Positions 1 through 8,705 of a DNA stretch of 61,824 nt are shown in pieces. Under the pieces are notes generated by a model. The model was not told where the DNA came from. It saw only the letters and a program-made list of their open reading frames with translations, and did no database searches. Each line of letters opens with the position of its first letter. Positions within the stretch are counted from its first letter, which is position 1. The position numbers and the translations under genes are program-made. Origin of the DNA: Kiritimatiellia bacterium. Its GTDB lineage: Bacteria > Verrucomicrobiota > Kiritimatiellia > RFP12 > UBA1067. Where the stretch lies: assembly GCA_045628545.1 (NCBI GenBank), contig JAZQPI010000012.1, positions 1-61,824 of the forward strand. Reading direction: 5' to 3'.

Positions 1-42
1 ACAACCAGACCGCAAAATGCAATGGGTAAAACCGCATGCGGG

Positions 43-104
43 TTGACGCGCCAAAATGAGATCCACCTCGCTGGCGCGAGTTGAATCTCATTTTGGCGCG
101 TCAA
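43..104. repeat. 62-bp palindromic element, copy 1 (REP/MITE-like)
   Basis: Perfect 20-bp inverted arms TTGACGCGCCAAAATGAGAT (43-62) and ATCTCATTTTGGCGCGTCAA (85-104), inner stem CTCGC/GCGAG around a TGGC loop. A second copy lies at 5367-5428. Confidence 0.9.
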
Positions 105-179
105 GTGCTTCAGCAACCAGCAGCCAGCGTCCAACAACCAGCAGAATGAGGATGAAAACGTCCTCTGACGCTGGCCGGT

Positions 180-1427
180 TCAGCGACTGGTCGTAGCCAA
201 CTGCTCCGACGGATCGAAACGATCAGGTTGCCACGGATAGGCCCCCAGCGCGACCAGCGCTTCGCCCGCCAAGAAGAGCGAACCGCAGACGAGCGCCCGG
301 GGTCCGGCCGACTCCAGCGCCGCGACAAGCGACGGACAGGCGTCAGCGTCAATTCCCGCCGCACGCATCTTCGCCGCCGTCTCCTCCGCCGAAAGCGACC
401 GCGGATTGTTGGTCCGCACGGCAAAACCGCGATTGACAAAGGGCGAAAGGATCTCCAGCACCCTGGAGACATCCTTGTCGCCGCAAAACCCCGCGACGAG
501 CGAAAGCGACCGCGGCGCCGTCCCCGCGGCGCGCAACGCCGCCGCCAGCGCAGTCGCCGCAGGCGGATTGTGCGCCCCGTCAACAATCCGCTCGCCGACC
601 CGCTGAAAGCGTCCCGGCCAGACGACGCGCCCGAAACCCGCCAGCAAAGACGGCGGCAGGGGGCCTGTCCCCACGCCGGAAAGAACCTTGAGCGCGGCCA
701 GCGCCGTGACGGCGTTTTCGCGGTTGAACGAGCCCGCAAGCGAGAAATCGGACGGAATCTCCCCTTCCTCAGCAAAGTCCGGCGCAAAGTAGAACGGCGC
801 CCCGACCTCTTTTGCGCGAGCCTCCACCACCGCACGAACCGACGGTAAGTTGCGTCCGAGGACGACGGGAACGCCCGGCTTGACGATGCCGGCCTTTTCC
901 GCCGCGATTTTCTCCACCGTGTCTCCCAGCCAGTCGCAATGGTCGAGCCCGATTCGCGTGATGACGCACAGCTCCGGCTCGCAGACGTTGGTCGCGTCCA
1001 GTCTTCCGCCGAGACCGGTCTCCAAAACGACATGTGCCGGATGCGCCTCCGCGTAAACCAGGAAGGCGACCGCGGTCAGCGCCTCGAAGAACGTCAGTTC
1101 GTCCGCAGCCGGCGACATGCCGACGGCCTGCCGCACCCTATCGGCCGCCGCTTCAAGCGTCTCGTCCGAAACCGGCTGTCCACGCAGGAAAAAACGCTCG
1201 TTCAGTCGCACGAGATGCGGAGAGGTGTAGCGGCCGCAATCCCCCAGGCAGGCGTCGAGCATCGCGGATACCGCGCCCTTGCCGTTCGTTCCCGCAATGT
1301 GGATGGCGCGAAAGCGCCGCTGCGGATCGCCCAACGCCGCGCAAACGCCGCGGATCGCGTCCAGTCCGGGCCGTATGCCGAACCGCCGCCGCGCGGCGAG
1401 ATCTTCGAGAAATCTGAGACTGCCCAC
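180..1427 (-). CDS. folC: Folylpolyglutamate synthase/dihydrofolate synthase
   Basis: Motifs HIAGTNGKG, YTSPHL, ETGLGGRLDATN, DH..LG.T...IA.EKAGI, WPGRFQ, DGAHNP, GSLFLAGE. Confidence 0.95.
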   Translation of the reverse strand: MGSLRFLEDLAARRRFGIRPGLDAIRGVCAALGDPQRRFRAIHIAGTNGKGAVSAMLDACLGDCGRYTSPHLVRLNERFFLRGQPVSDETLEAAADRVRQAVGMSPAADELTFFEALTAVAFLVYAEAHPAHVVLETGLGGRLDATNVCEPELCVITRIGLDHCDWLGDTVEKIAAEKAGIVKPGVPVVLGRNLPSVRAVVEARAKEVGAPFYFAPDFAEEGEIPSDFSLAGSFNRENAVTALAALKVLSGVGTGPLPPSLLAGFGRVVWPGRFQRVGERIVDGAHNPPAATALAAALRAAGTAPRSLSLVAGFCGDKDVSRVLEILSPFVNRGFAVRTNNPRSLSAEETAAKMRAAGIDADACPSLVAALESAGPRALVCGSLFLAGEALVALGAYPWQPDRFDPSEQLATTSR

Positions 1428-1464
1428 GAAACGCCCCTTCCCGTATGCGCCGTCGACGCGCCGG

Positions 1465-2529
1465 TCAGCGTCCCTTTCCGATGGCGGCGACGAGGCGCTT
1501 GACGTCCTGAACGCGGTCCTTTGCGCAGACCAGCGTCGCCTTCGGCGTGTGGACGACGATGACGTTGTCGAGACCGACGACCGCGGTGAGATGCGTCTCG
1601 TCCGAAACCACGACCGATCCCGCCGCGTCGAGAAGCGCGGTCCGGCCGAGGCAGGTGTTGCCCTGCGCGTCGGACGGGAAGTGGTTCGGAATCGCCAGCC
1701 ACGAGCCGACGTCGTCCCAGGTGAACGCGCACTTGGCGGCGAGAATGTTGCGCGTATGCTCCATCACCGCGTAGTCGACCGAAATCGCGCGGACGGACGG
1801 ATAGGCGCGGCGCAGGAACGTCGGCACGCTTTTCGCCTGGGCGACGCCGTCGATGAGCGCGCCGATGTCTGGGGCGTGCGCGGCGAATTCCGCCGCCATA
1901 GTGTCCGCCCGCCAGATGAACATGCCGGCGTTCCAGCCGAACCGGCCCGACATGACATACTTCGCCGCCGTCACGGCATCGGGCTTTTCCACGAAACGAC
2001 GGGCGGCGGCAAAGACGGTCTTGGTCCCGAAATCAACGTTCGCGCCGTATTCGATGTAGCCGAAGCCGGTCGCCGGATAAGTCGGCTCAATGCCCAGCGT
2101 GACGATCGAACCCGAACGCCGCGCGGCCGTGACGGCGTCGCGCAGCGTCCGGCGGAACGCCGACGCCGGCTCGATCAGCTGGTCGGCCGTCAGCACGCAG
2201 CCGACCGCACGCTCGCCGCCGACGCGCCTGACGAGACCGACCGCGACCGCCACGGCGGCGGCCGTGTCGCGACGGCACGGCTCGCCCACGATGTTGGCAT
2301 GCGGCAGCGTCGGCAGCGCCTGGCGCGTCTGCGGGACGAGCCTGGCGGCCGTGACGACGAAGATCCGCTCGGGAGGGAAAAGCCCCGCCAGCCGGTCCAC
2401 CGCGTGGCGGATCAGCGGCTTGCCGCCGAACAGCGAAAGGAACTGCTTCGGACGCTCCGGCGTCGACAGCGGCCAGAACCGCTCGCCGTTGCCGCCGGCC
2501 ATGATGACTGCATAAGCTTCGTTCTTCAT
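1465..2529 (-). CDS. manC: Mannose-1-phosphate guanylyltransferase (GMP domain only, no PMI cupin)
   Basis: VIMAGGNGERFWPLS..PKQFL, EP..RDTA, TGFGYIE, FVEKP, WNAGMF, ISVDYAVME, WDDVGSW. The ATG at 2529 overlaps the upstream stop (ATGA). Confidence 0.92.
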   Translation of the reverse strand: MKNEAYAVIMAGGNGERFWPLSTPERPKQFLSLFGGKPLIRHAVDRLAGLFPPERIFVVTAARLVPQTRQALPTLPHANIVGEPCRRDTAAAVAVAVGLVRRVGGERAVGCVLTADQLIEPASAFRRTLRDAVTAARRSGSIVTLGIEPTYPATGFGYIEYGANVDFGTKTVFAAARRFVEKPDAVTAAKYVMSGRFGWNAGMFIWRADTMAAEFAAHAPDIGALIDGVAQAKSVPTFLRRAYPSVRAISVDYAVMEHTRNILAAKCAFTWDDVGSWLAIPNHFPSDAQGNTCLGRTALLDAAGSVVVSDETHLTAVVGLDNVIVVHTPKATLVCAKDRVQDVKRLVAAIGKGR

Positions 2530-4649
2530 GCCAACTCCAGATCGTAGAACTTGCCGGACTCCACCGTCGGGTAGCTTTCGAGCACCGTCTTCAGCCGCGC
2601 CTTGGCCGCACGGCTGCTGGCCACGATGAACATGAAGCCGCCGCCGCCGGCGCCGCACAGGCTCACGGCGGCCGTCCACGGGGCGATGCGCGCGATGATC
2701 GCCTCGACGCCGGGATTGGTGCTGCCGGGGTCCAGCGCCTTCTTCGAGAGCCAGTAGCCGTTCACCGCCGCGCAGAACGAACACCAGTCGCCGCGTTCAA
2801 TCGCCTGAAAGCCCTGCACCGCTTCGCGCTTCAGACGTCCGACGACGGCCCGGGCGATGCCCGAGGGATTGTCGCGGTAGAAGCGCAAGACGCCGCAGAG
2901 GACGTTCCGCGCCATCCGCTTCTGACCCGTGAAATAGAGGAGCGCCCGGTCGCGGAGGAACTTCGAGAAGCGCCGCGTGGCCGCGTCGCCCAGCGTCTTG
3001 ACCGCGATGCGCTGACGCGCGCCAGGCGTCGAACGGAGCAGCTTGATGCCCGGCAGCAGGCCGCCCAGCTGATCCTGCCAACCGCCGCCCGTGCGCATCT
3101 CGCGTTCGAGCGCGAGGGTAAGATCCGAAACCTTCCGCCAGTCGTACGCGCAGCCGCGGACCTTTCCGAGCGCCGAGATGAGCGCCGCGCCGAGAATGGA
3201 GCTCGTGCCCATGCCGCTCCCCTTCGGGACGTCGGCGGAGATGCAGATGCGAAGCCCGCCTTCGGCAATCCGATAGCCTACGACCGTCAGCGCGCTTTTG
3301 ACGAGACAGCCCCAGTCCGACGGATCCGCATGATCGGCGATTTCGGCGTCCGTCCGATAGACTCCGCGCTTGCCGAGGTCGCGGCTTTCGACATCGACGA
3401 TCATTTCGGCGAGACGGGAGACCGTGACCTGCACCGGCCGTACGCCGTTCAAGGTGACGGCCGCGTTGAGGACGCTGCCGCCCTGTTCGACGCAGATCGG
3501 CGGCGTGTCGCTCCAGCCGCCGGCGAAATCGATCCGGAGCGGCAGTTCCACCTTGACGGAGGAGCACGGGCGCGGACCGAAGCCCGCCAGAATGCGCCGG
3601 CGGTTGACCTTGAGCATCAGGTCGGCCATCTTCAGCCGCTCCCACTTGCCGTCCGTCTTGAAAGTGTCGTCGATCCGGTAGCGGATATGCCGCCAAGCCG
3701 TCTTGCCGACCGGCAGGGACATGAGGCACTCGCCCTTCGCGAGCCGGACGGGTCCGAAGCTCCGCGGCACTCCGGTGACGATGTTCTCGCCGCCCAGCTC
3801 CATTTCCGCGCGCGGCATTTCGCAGCCGTCAATCCATTCGCGCCCCCCGCCCAGGCGGTCGAGCAGTTCGCGCGACGAACCGATGTGGAAGAAGTCGCAG
3901 CGACCGAGGACATTCACCGAAAACGGCGCGAAACCGGCGACGAGTTCCGCGGCGAACTTTTCGTAAAGGTCGCCTTCGGTCCAGCCGGAACGCGCCAGCC
4001 GCCGGGTCGTCGCCTCGTCCAGCCAGAGGATGCCCGTGTCGACGATCTCCCGTCCGCGACGGACGGCTCCGGCCCGTTTCGCCGCGGCGAGGTCGGGCTT
4101 CTGGAGGAATCCGCGGACAGGGACCGCGGCGCGCGCGCGGCCGGAAGCGGCCACATAGACGCCGTGGCGCGCGCCCTCGGCCGGAGAATCCCAATAGCCG
4201 ACGCCGGTCACGCCGGGCGCGGAAAAATCGCAGGCCGCGAAGTCGAACGACGGCGCGAGATCGCCGCAGACGACCAGCATCCCGGTGCGCGGCAGTTCGA
4301 GCCGCTCCATGTTCCCGACGATCACTTCGAAGAGGGAACGAGTGGATCCGTCGGACTGAGGCACGGGGACGAACGCCTTGCCGAGCGCGGCGTATGCGGG
4401 CAGGCGTTTGGAGTCTCCGCCGGAATGGCAGACGAGCACGCGTTTGCCGCGCAGCTTCCGTCCGAAGCGCCGCAGCAGGTTCACCGTGCTTCCGAGCGAA
4501 CCGACCCGCCGGTTGCCGGGATCCGGCACGACGAGGATCTCCGGCGCAAGGACGCCCTGAAGGCGTTCGACGGCGATGCGATAGCCGTCGGCCTGGCCAT
4601 CGTTGGCCGCCGTGATGACTATGACGTCAAATTTCATCCGTCTGTTCAC
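2526..4649 (-). CDS. fkp: Bifunctional L-fucokinase / fucose-1-phosphate guanylyltransferase (Fkp-like)
   Basis: N-terminal HSGGDSKRLP and FLQKP; C-terminal GHMP kinase motifs PLRIDFAGGWSDTPP, PKGSGMGTSS, GGGWQDQ, GAGGGGF. Confidence 0.85.
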   Translation of the reverse strand: MNRRMKFDVIVITAANDGQADGYRIAVERLQGVLAPEILVVPDPGNRRVGSLGSTVNLLRRFGRKLRGKRVLVCHSGGDSKRLPAYAALGKAFVPVPQSDGSTRSLFEVIVGNMERLELPRTGMLVVCGDLAPSFDFAACDFSAPGVTGVGYWDSPAEGARHGVYVAASGRARAAVPVRGFLQKPDLAAAKRAGAVRRGREIVDTGILWLDEATTRRLARSGWTEGDLYEKFAAELVAGFAPFSVNVLGRCDFFHIGSSRELLDRLGGGREWIDGCEMPRAEMELGGENIVTGVPRSFGPVRLAKGECLMSLPVGKTAWRHIRYRIDDTFKTDGKWERLKMADLMLKVNRRRILAGFGPRPCSSVKVELPLRIDFAGGWSDTPPICVEQGGSVLNAAVTLNGVRPVQVTVSRLAEMIVDVESRDLGKRGVYRTDAEIADHADPSDWGCLVKSALTVVGYRIAEGGLRICISADVPKGSGMGTSSILGAALISALGKVRGCAYDWRKVSDLTLALEREMRTGGGWQDQLGGLLPGIKLLRSTPGARQRIAVKTLGDAATRRFSKFLRDRALLYFTGQKRMARNVLCGVLRFYRDNPSGIARAVVGRLKREAVQGFQAIERGDWCSFCAAVNGYWLSKKALDPGSTNPGVEAIIARIAPWTAAVSLCGAGGGGFMFIVASSRAAKARLKTVLESYPTVESGKFYDLELA

Positions 4650-5305
4650 CTTTCCGCAATCAGCTGCTCCAGTTCCTTTGCCGCGCTCGCCTCGTCCCCG
4701 TACTGCGCCACCAGCCGCTCGACCTGCGAGACGAAATCATTGGTGACGGAACATCCCGTCGCCATCTGCGACGAGAAGTCGTAGTCCATGCTGAGGGACG
4801 ACGCCAAGGAGGCAAGGCTATACTCCGCGGTCTGGGCGCGCGTGACCTTGTTTTCGGCAAAGACCTTCCGCAGGGCCTCGATGCACTTCTTCTCGCGGAC
4901 GGAATAGTCGCCGTCGCTCATGCCCATCGCGATCCAAGTGACGACCGCGCGGCGCACCTCTTCGATGGAAAGGTATTCGAATCCGTTCGGGAGGGCCGCC
5001 CGCGCCTCGGCAATGAAGGCCTTGGCGAATTCCCTGTCGGTCGCCCGCCGGCCGAGCAAGAGCAGGTAGCCGGCGGAACGCATCGCCTCGTCCAGCGCCG
5101 TGTCGGCGGCCTTCTTCGAATAGCCGCGGCATTTCTTCAACAGGGCGTCGAGCGCCTTGTATTCCGCTTCCGTGATTTCGCCGTCCAGCGCGGCGATCAT
5201 GAACGCCACCTTGACGATGCCGAAGTCGATCTTGCTGAGTTTGGCCGCCTTCACGCGCCCGACGGTCTTAAGCTTAATCCCTTTGACGAATTTGCCGATA
5301 TCCAT
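4646..5305 (-). CDS. TerB-like family protein
   Basis: Duplicated TerB-type motif: MIAALDGEITEAE and AMGMSDGDYSVREKKCIEAL. Confidence 0.6.
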   Translation of the reverse strand: MDIGKFVKGIKLKTVGRVKAAKLSKIDFGIVKVAFMIAALDGEITEAEYKALDALLKKCRGYSKKAADTALDEAMRSAGYLLLLGRRATDREFAKAFIAEARAALPNGFEYLSIEEVRRAVVTWIAMGMSDGDYSVREKKCIEALRKVFAENKVTRAQTAEYSLASLASSLSMDYDFSSQMATGCSVTNDFVSQVERLVAQYGDEASAAKELEQLIAER

Positions 5306-5334
5306 AATCTCCCCCCTTATACGATTTTAATACT

Positions 5335-5343
5335 ATTATACCA
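5335..5343 (-). promoter_or_regulatory. Extended -10 promoter element (TGGTATAAT) for the terB-like-fkp-manC-folC unit
   Basis: TGGTATAAT about 30 nt upstream of the ATG, with a purine-rich RBS (AAGGGGGGAG) in between. Confidence 0.7.
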
Positions 5344-5366
5344 TACTTTTCGCCAAAACAGTAGGG

Positions 5367-5428
5367 TTGACGCGCCAAAATGAGATTTCCCTCGCTGGCG
5401 CGAGTTGAATCTCATTTTGGCGCGGCAA
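5367..5428. repeat. 62-bp palindromic element, copy 2
   Basis: Near-identical to 43-104 and likewise preceded by GGG. It overlaps the stop codon of the CDS ending at 5412. Confidence 0.9.
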
Positions 5429-6602
5429 GGGACAGGAAAACGCCCGAACCGACCGGCCGCTCGCCCAGCAGATCGGACGGCCGGTTCACGACACGGCCGT
5501 CGAGCCACATGGTCGTCGACCCCCCGCCGTCGAACTGCCCGACCTGGTCGCACCCTTCTTTCTTCAGCAGCTCGGCCATCTCGCGCGACGGAAACGACTT
5601 CGACCAGCGCTGCTGCCGTCCGTCGACCACGAAAAGACACAGCCGGTTGCGCACGGTGTCGAGTCCGAACGCCGTGCGCGGATAATTCGGCAGCTCGTGG
5701 GTGTCGCAGAGCGCCGAATCTACCAGTGGACGGCACCAGACTCCGACGAGGTCGCGCACCTCGCCATCCGCGCCGGGGAAGGCCCATCCGACGCGTCCCC
5801 CGCCAGTAGCCGCGGACACCGGTTTGGCCGCCGCGCCGAAGCCGATCACGGCCGCGACCAGCGGATCGTTCGCAGGCAAGCGCTCTCCTTTGGCGATTTT
5901 GCCGGTCACGACGAAATCGCGCGTCACCGCCGCGCCCTTCTCGCCCTTCAACGGCGCCGCCAGACGCACCAGCACGCCGTCGCCGGGCACGACCTGGGGC
6001 CAAAGCGCGGTGAAAACCCCGACGGCAGCCGGCTGCTGGGATGCCGCCGCCGGCAGATAGGTCGTCATCGTGTTGACATGGTGGATCGGGAAGTCGCGTC
6101 CGCCGAGCGTCACGGTCCCCTCGAACCCGACGCGCCCCAGACGGATCTTGCCGTTCGCGTCCGCATAGAGCGAATCGTAAGCGCCGGGCTTGAACTCGGC
6201 GCCCGTCTGCATCAGAACGCCGCCCGAAACGCTCATCCGCATGGTCCGGCCGATGAACGGACGGCTTGCGAACGGATTGCCGGAATACTCGAAGAAGTCG
6301 CCGTTAATGCCGGCGACGACCTTCTCGCCCGTCTTCTTCTCCAGCACCGCCGCCATCTTCGACACGGGGCAGATGCTGCACAGCCGGTCCTTGCCGTTGA
6401 CCACGTTAAGCCGCAGACCTTCGACCGCAAGGTCGGCCTTGAACAGAAAGGCCCTGAGAGGCCGCGCGGCATCAACGAATTCGACCAGCTCGAAACCTGG
6501 CGAAACGGTCTTCGCCGAGCGCGTCATCTCCGCCCTCGCGTCAAACGCGCAGGCCAGCGCACCCGCGCACACCGAAGTCCAGAACCACCTTCCGACCGAC
6601 AC
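5412..6602 (-). CDS. Exported phosphodiester glycosidase (NAGPA) family protein
   Basis: VVAGINGDFF, YPRTAFG, FVVDGRQ, FDGGGSTTM, VVNRPSD..ER. GTG start at 6602 with GGAGG upstream and a signal peptide ending ARA. Confidence 0.8.
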   Translation of the reverse strand: MSVGRWFWTSVCAGALACAFDARAEMTRSAKTVSPGFELVEFVDAARPLRAFLFKADLAVEGLRLNVVNGKDRLCSICPVSKMAAVLEKKTGEKVVAGINGDFFEYSGNPFASRPFIGRTMRMSVSGGVLMQTGAEFKPGAYDSLYADANGKIRLGRVGFEGTVTLGGRDFPIHHVNTMTTYLPAAASQQPAAVGVFTALWPQVVPGDGVLVRLAAPLKGEKGAAVTRDFVVTGKIAKGERLPANDPLVAAVIGFGAAAKPVSAATGGGRVGWAFPGADGEVRDLVGVWCRPLVDSALCDTHELPNYPRTAFGLDTVRNRLCLFVVDGRQQRWSKSFPSREMAELLKKEGCDQVGQFDGGGSTTMWLDGRVVNRPSDLLGERPVGSGVFLSLAAPK

Positions 6603-6625
6603 GTCCCGCCTCCGCGCGAAGACGG

Positions 6626-7465
6626 TCAGTCGCCGAGCTGACGGACCAGGTACGGAATGATCCGCTCGAAGCTGACGCCGTACCAGTGCTCGTCGTCCGT
6701 CATCCGGATCGCCTCGCAGACCGTATCGGCCGCAAGCGCCGCCGCATCCGCCGCAGACCGTCCGCGCAGCACGGCGCCAGCGAAGACGCTCGCGAAGACG
6801 TCGCCCGTCCCGTGGCTCATGCGGGAGAGCCGCGGATTGAAGTCGTAGACGACCGAGCGTCCGTCCGAGACCGCGCTGCCGAGCTCGTCGCGCGCGAAGC
6901 TCACGCCCGTCAGGACGACGTTCCTCGCCCCCAGCGCGTGGAGTTTCGCGATCAGCGCCTCGACCCGTTCGCGCGGCGCGGTCACGCCGTCGGGACGGAC
7001 GAACTCCATCGGGTCCTCTCCCGCCAGCAGCGCCGCCTCGGTAAGGTTCGGCAGCAGATAGTCCGCCGCCGCCGCGAGCCGGGCCATCTTCGACGGGAAG
7101 TCCGCCGCGAAACCCTTGTAAAGAACGCCGTTGTCGGCCATCGCGGGATCGACGATCACCAGCGCACCCGGATTCGCGCACGACTTCTCGATCGAGAGGA
7201 TCGGCTCGATGTGCGATTCGCAGACGTAGCCGGTGTAGAAGGCGTCGAACTTGACGCCCTGCGCCACCCACTGCGCCTCGACGCGCGGCAGTTCGGCGGT
7301 AAGGTCGGCGAAACTCCACGACTTGAAGCCGCCGGTATGGTTCGAGAGCAACGCCGGCGGCAGAATCGCACATTCGACGCCGCACGCGCTCACGAGCGGC
7401 AGCGCCACCGTCGTCGAGCACTGCCCGACGCACGAAATGTCCTGAATCGTTAAAATCCGTTTCAT
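6626..7465 (-). CDS. pdxK: Pyridoxal/pyridoxamine kinase (PfkB/ribokinase fold)
   Basis: [49 protein letters not shown]. Confidence 0.88.
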   Translation of the reverse strand: MKRILTIQDISCVGQCSTTVALPLVSACGVECAILPPALLSNHTGGFKSWSFADLTAELPRVEAQWVAQGVKFDAFYTGYVCESHIEPILSIEKSCANPGALVIVDPAMADNGVLYKGFAADFPSKMARLAAAADYLLPNLTEAALLAGEDPMEFVRPDGVTAPRERVEALIAKLHALGARNVVLTGVSFARDELGSAVSDGRSVVYDFNPRLSRMSHGTGDVFASVFAGAVLRGRSAADAAALAADTVCEAIRMTDDEHWYGVSFERIIPYLVRQLGD

Positions 7466-8025
7466 TTGATCAGCGACAGGAACTCCTGTCTCACTTTCTC
7501 GTCCGTCCTAAAGGACCCCAGCACGGCCGACGTCGTCATTTCGGAATTCTGCTTCTCGACCCCCCGCATCATCATGCAGAGGTGCTTGGCGCGGATGACG
7601 ACGCCCACGCCTTCGGCCCCAGCCTCCGCCATGATGGCGTCGGCGATCTGCTCGGTCATCCGCTCCTGGATCTGGAGCCGCCGAGCGAACATGTCCACGA
7701 TGCGCGCGAGTTTGGAGACGCCGAGGACCTTGCCCTTCGAAATGTAGCCGATGGCGCACTTGCCGTAGAACGGCAGCAGATGGTGCTCGCACAGCGAATA
7801 CAGCTCGATGTCCTTGAGGATCACCATGTGATTCGTCCCCGACGTGAACTTCGCGCCGTTGACGACCGCCTTCAAACTCTGGCGGTAACCCCGCGTCAGA
7901 AACGCGAGGGACTTCGCGACGCGCTCCGGCGTCCGCGCCAGCCCCTCCCGCTTCGGATCTTCGCCGAGCTCGACGAGGAGCTTCCTCACGAGCCCGGCGA
8001 TCTTCTTCTCGTCCGGCTGCTTCAT
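7462..8025 (-). CDS. folE: GTP cyclohydrolase I
   Basis: [44 protein letters not shown]. Start corrected to the ATG at 8025. Confidence 0.96.
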   Translation of the reverse strand: MKQPDEKKIAGLVRKLLVELGEDPKREGLARTPERVAKSLAFLTRGYRQSLKAVVNGAKFTSGTNHMVILKDIELYSLCEHHLLPFYGKCAIGYISKGKVLGVSKLARIVDMFARRLQIQERMTEQIADAIMAEAGAEGVGVVIRAKHLCMMMRGVEKQNSEMTTSAVLGSFRTDEKVRQEFLSLIK

Positions 8026-8471
8026 CAGTCGAAGATGTCCGGATCGAAGTTCACGATGATGAACACCGGCAGGAAGCCCTTCCGGTTGAAGTTCAGGAAG
8101 CCGAGCTGGAACTTCGCGGCGTCGGCGACATTCAAGAGCCCGAGGTCGAGCGTCGGACCTTTCGCGACGTTGATCATGCCCAGCTGCACGCAGGGGTTGT
8201 TGCCGCGGTTGAACCAGAAGGACGCCTGGAGGGCGCAGTCGGAGCCGGAGTCGTTGATGCCGAAGACGGACCACTGCACGCCCTTGGAGACAGGCGAGCC
8301 GCCGTAGAGGAGCGAGAGTTCAAGCGCATCGACGCTGGCGCATTTCGTCGCCAGACCGAACGAGACGTCGGGACGGCTCATGCCGTTCTCCATCCACCAG
8401 CTCCACTCCACCTCCGCCTGCGCGAACGCGGCCGTAAAAACGAGCGACAACGCCACCAGCAACTTCTTCAT
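8025..8471 (-). CDS. Small exported protein with Q-x-G-x-x-N beta-repeats
   Basis: Signal peptide [19 protein letters not shown]; repeats VQLGMIN, LDLGLLN, FQLGFLN; C-terminal [11 protein letters not shown]. Confidence 0.7.
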   Translation of the reverse strand: MKKLLVALSLVFTAAFAQAEVEWSWWMENGMSRPDVSFGLATKCASVDALELSLLYGGSPVSKGVQWSVFGINDSGSDCALQASFWFNRGNNPCVQLGMINVAKGPTLDLGLLNVADAAKFQLGFLNFNRKGFLPVFIIVNFDPDIFD

Positions 8472-8526
8472 CTTTTAATTCCCTTCTTGTTTTTAAGCCC
8501 GCCGTCCATCGACAGGCATAGCGAAT

Positions 8527-8535
8527 ATTATAGCA
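8527..8535 (-). promoter_or_regulatory. Extended -10 promoter element (TGCTATAAT)
   Basis: Exact TGNTATAAT in the AT-rich intergenic DNA upstream of 8471. Confidence 0.65.
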
Positions 8536-8544
8536 CAAATTGCC

Positions 8545-8655
8545 CTAAACAGGGGCTAGGCTAATATGCCAGGGCGCGGCGACGTCGAACGGAGCGGACA
8601 TGACGCTCCCGACGAGGCCTGCGGCCGCAATGACGAAAAGGATCGTTCGTTTCAT
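8545..8655 (-). pseudogene. 36-codon ORF consisting of little more than a signal peptide (possible gene remnant)
   Basis: MKRTILFVIAAAGLVGSVMSA is a typical Sec signal, followed by only about 15 residues and a stop. Confidence 0.35.
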
Positions 8656-8665
8656 TTTCAGTTTC

Positions 8666-8700
8666 AAAAAAAAGCGACGAAGGCGTACGCCTTCGTCGCT
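8666..8700 (-). terminator. Rho-independent terminator of the surface protein/barrel operon
   Basis: Perfect 28-bp palindrome AGCGACGAAGGCGTACGCCTTCGTCGCT (8673-8700) with a T8 tract on the minus strand, 5 nt after the stop at 8706. Confidence 0.9.
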
Positions 8701-8705
8701 GGGGG

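Noticed and set aside
43-104. Palindromic element as an integron attC site or CRISPR repeat
   Set aside because: No RYYYAAC...GTTRRRY ends, no regular spacer array, and no intI or cas gene in the window.
111-165. Short CAACCAGCAG direct repeat and GAGGA/TCCTC hairpin after folC
   Set aside because: Only two 10-bp copies and a 5-bp stem, which is too weak to call an array or terminator.
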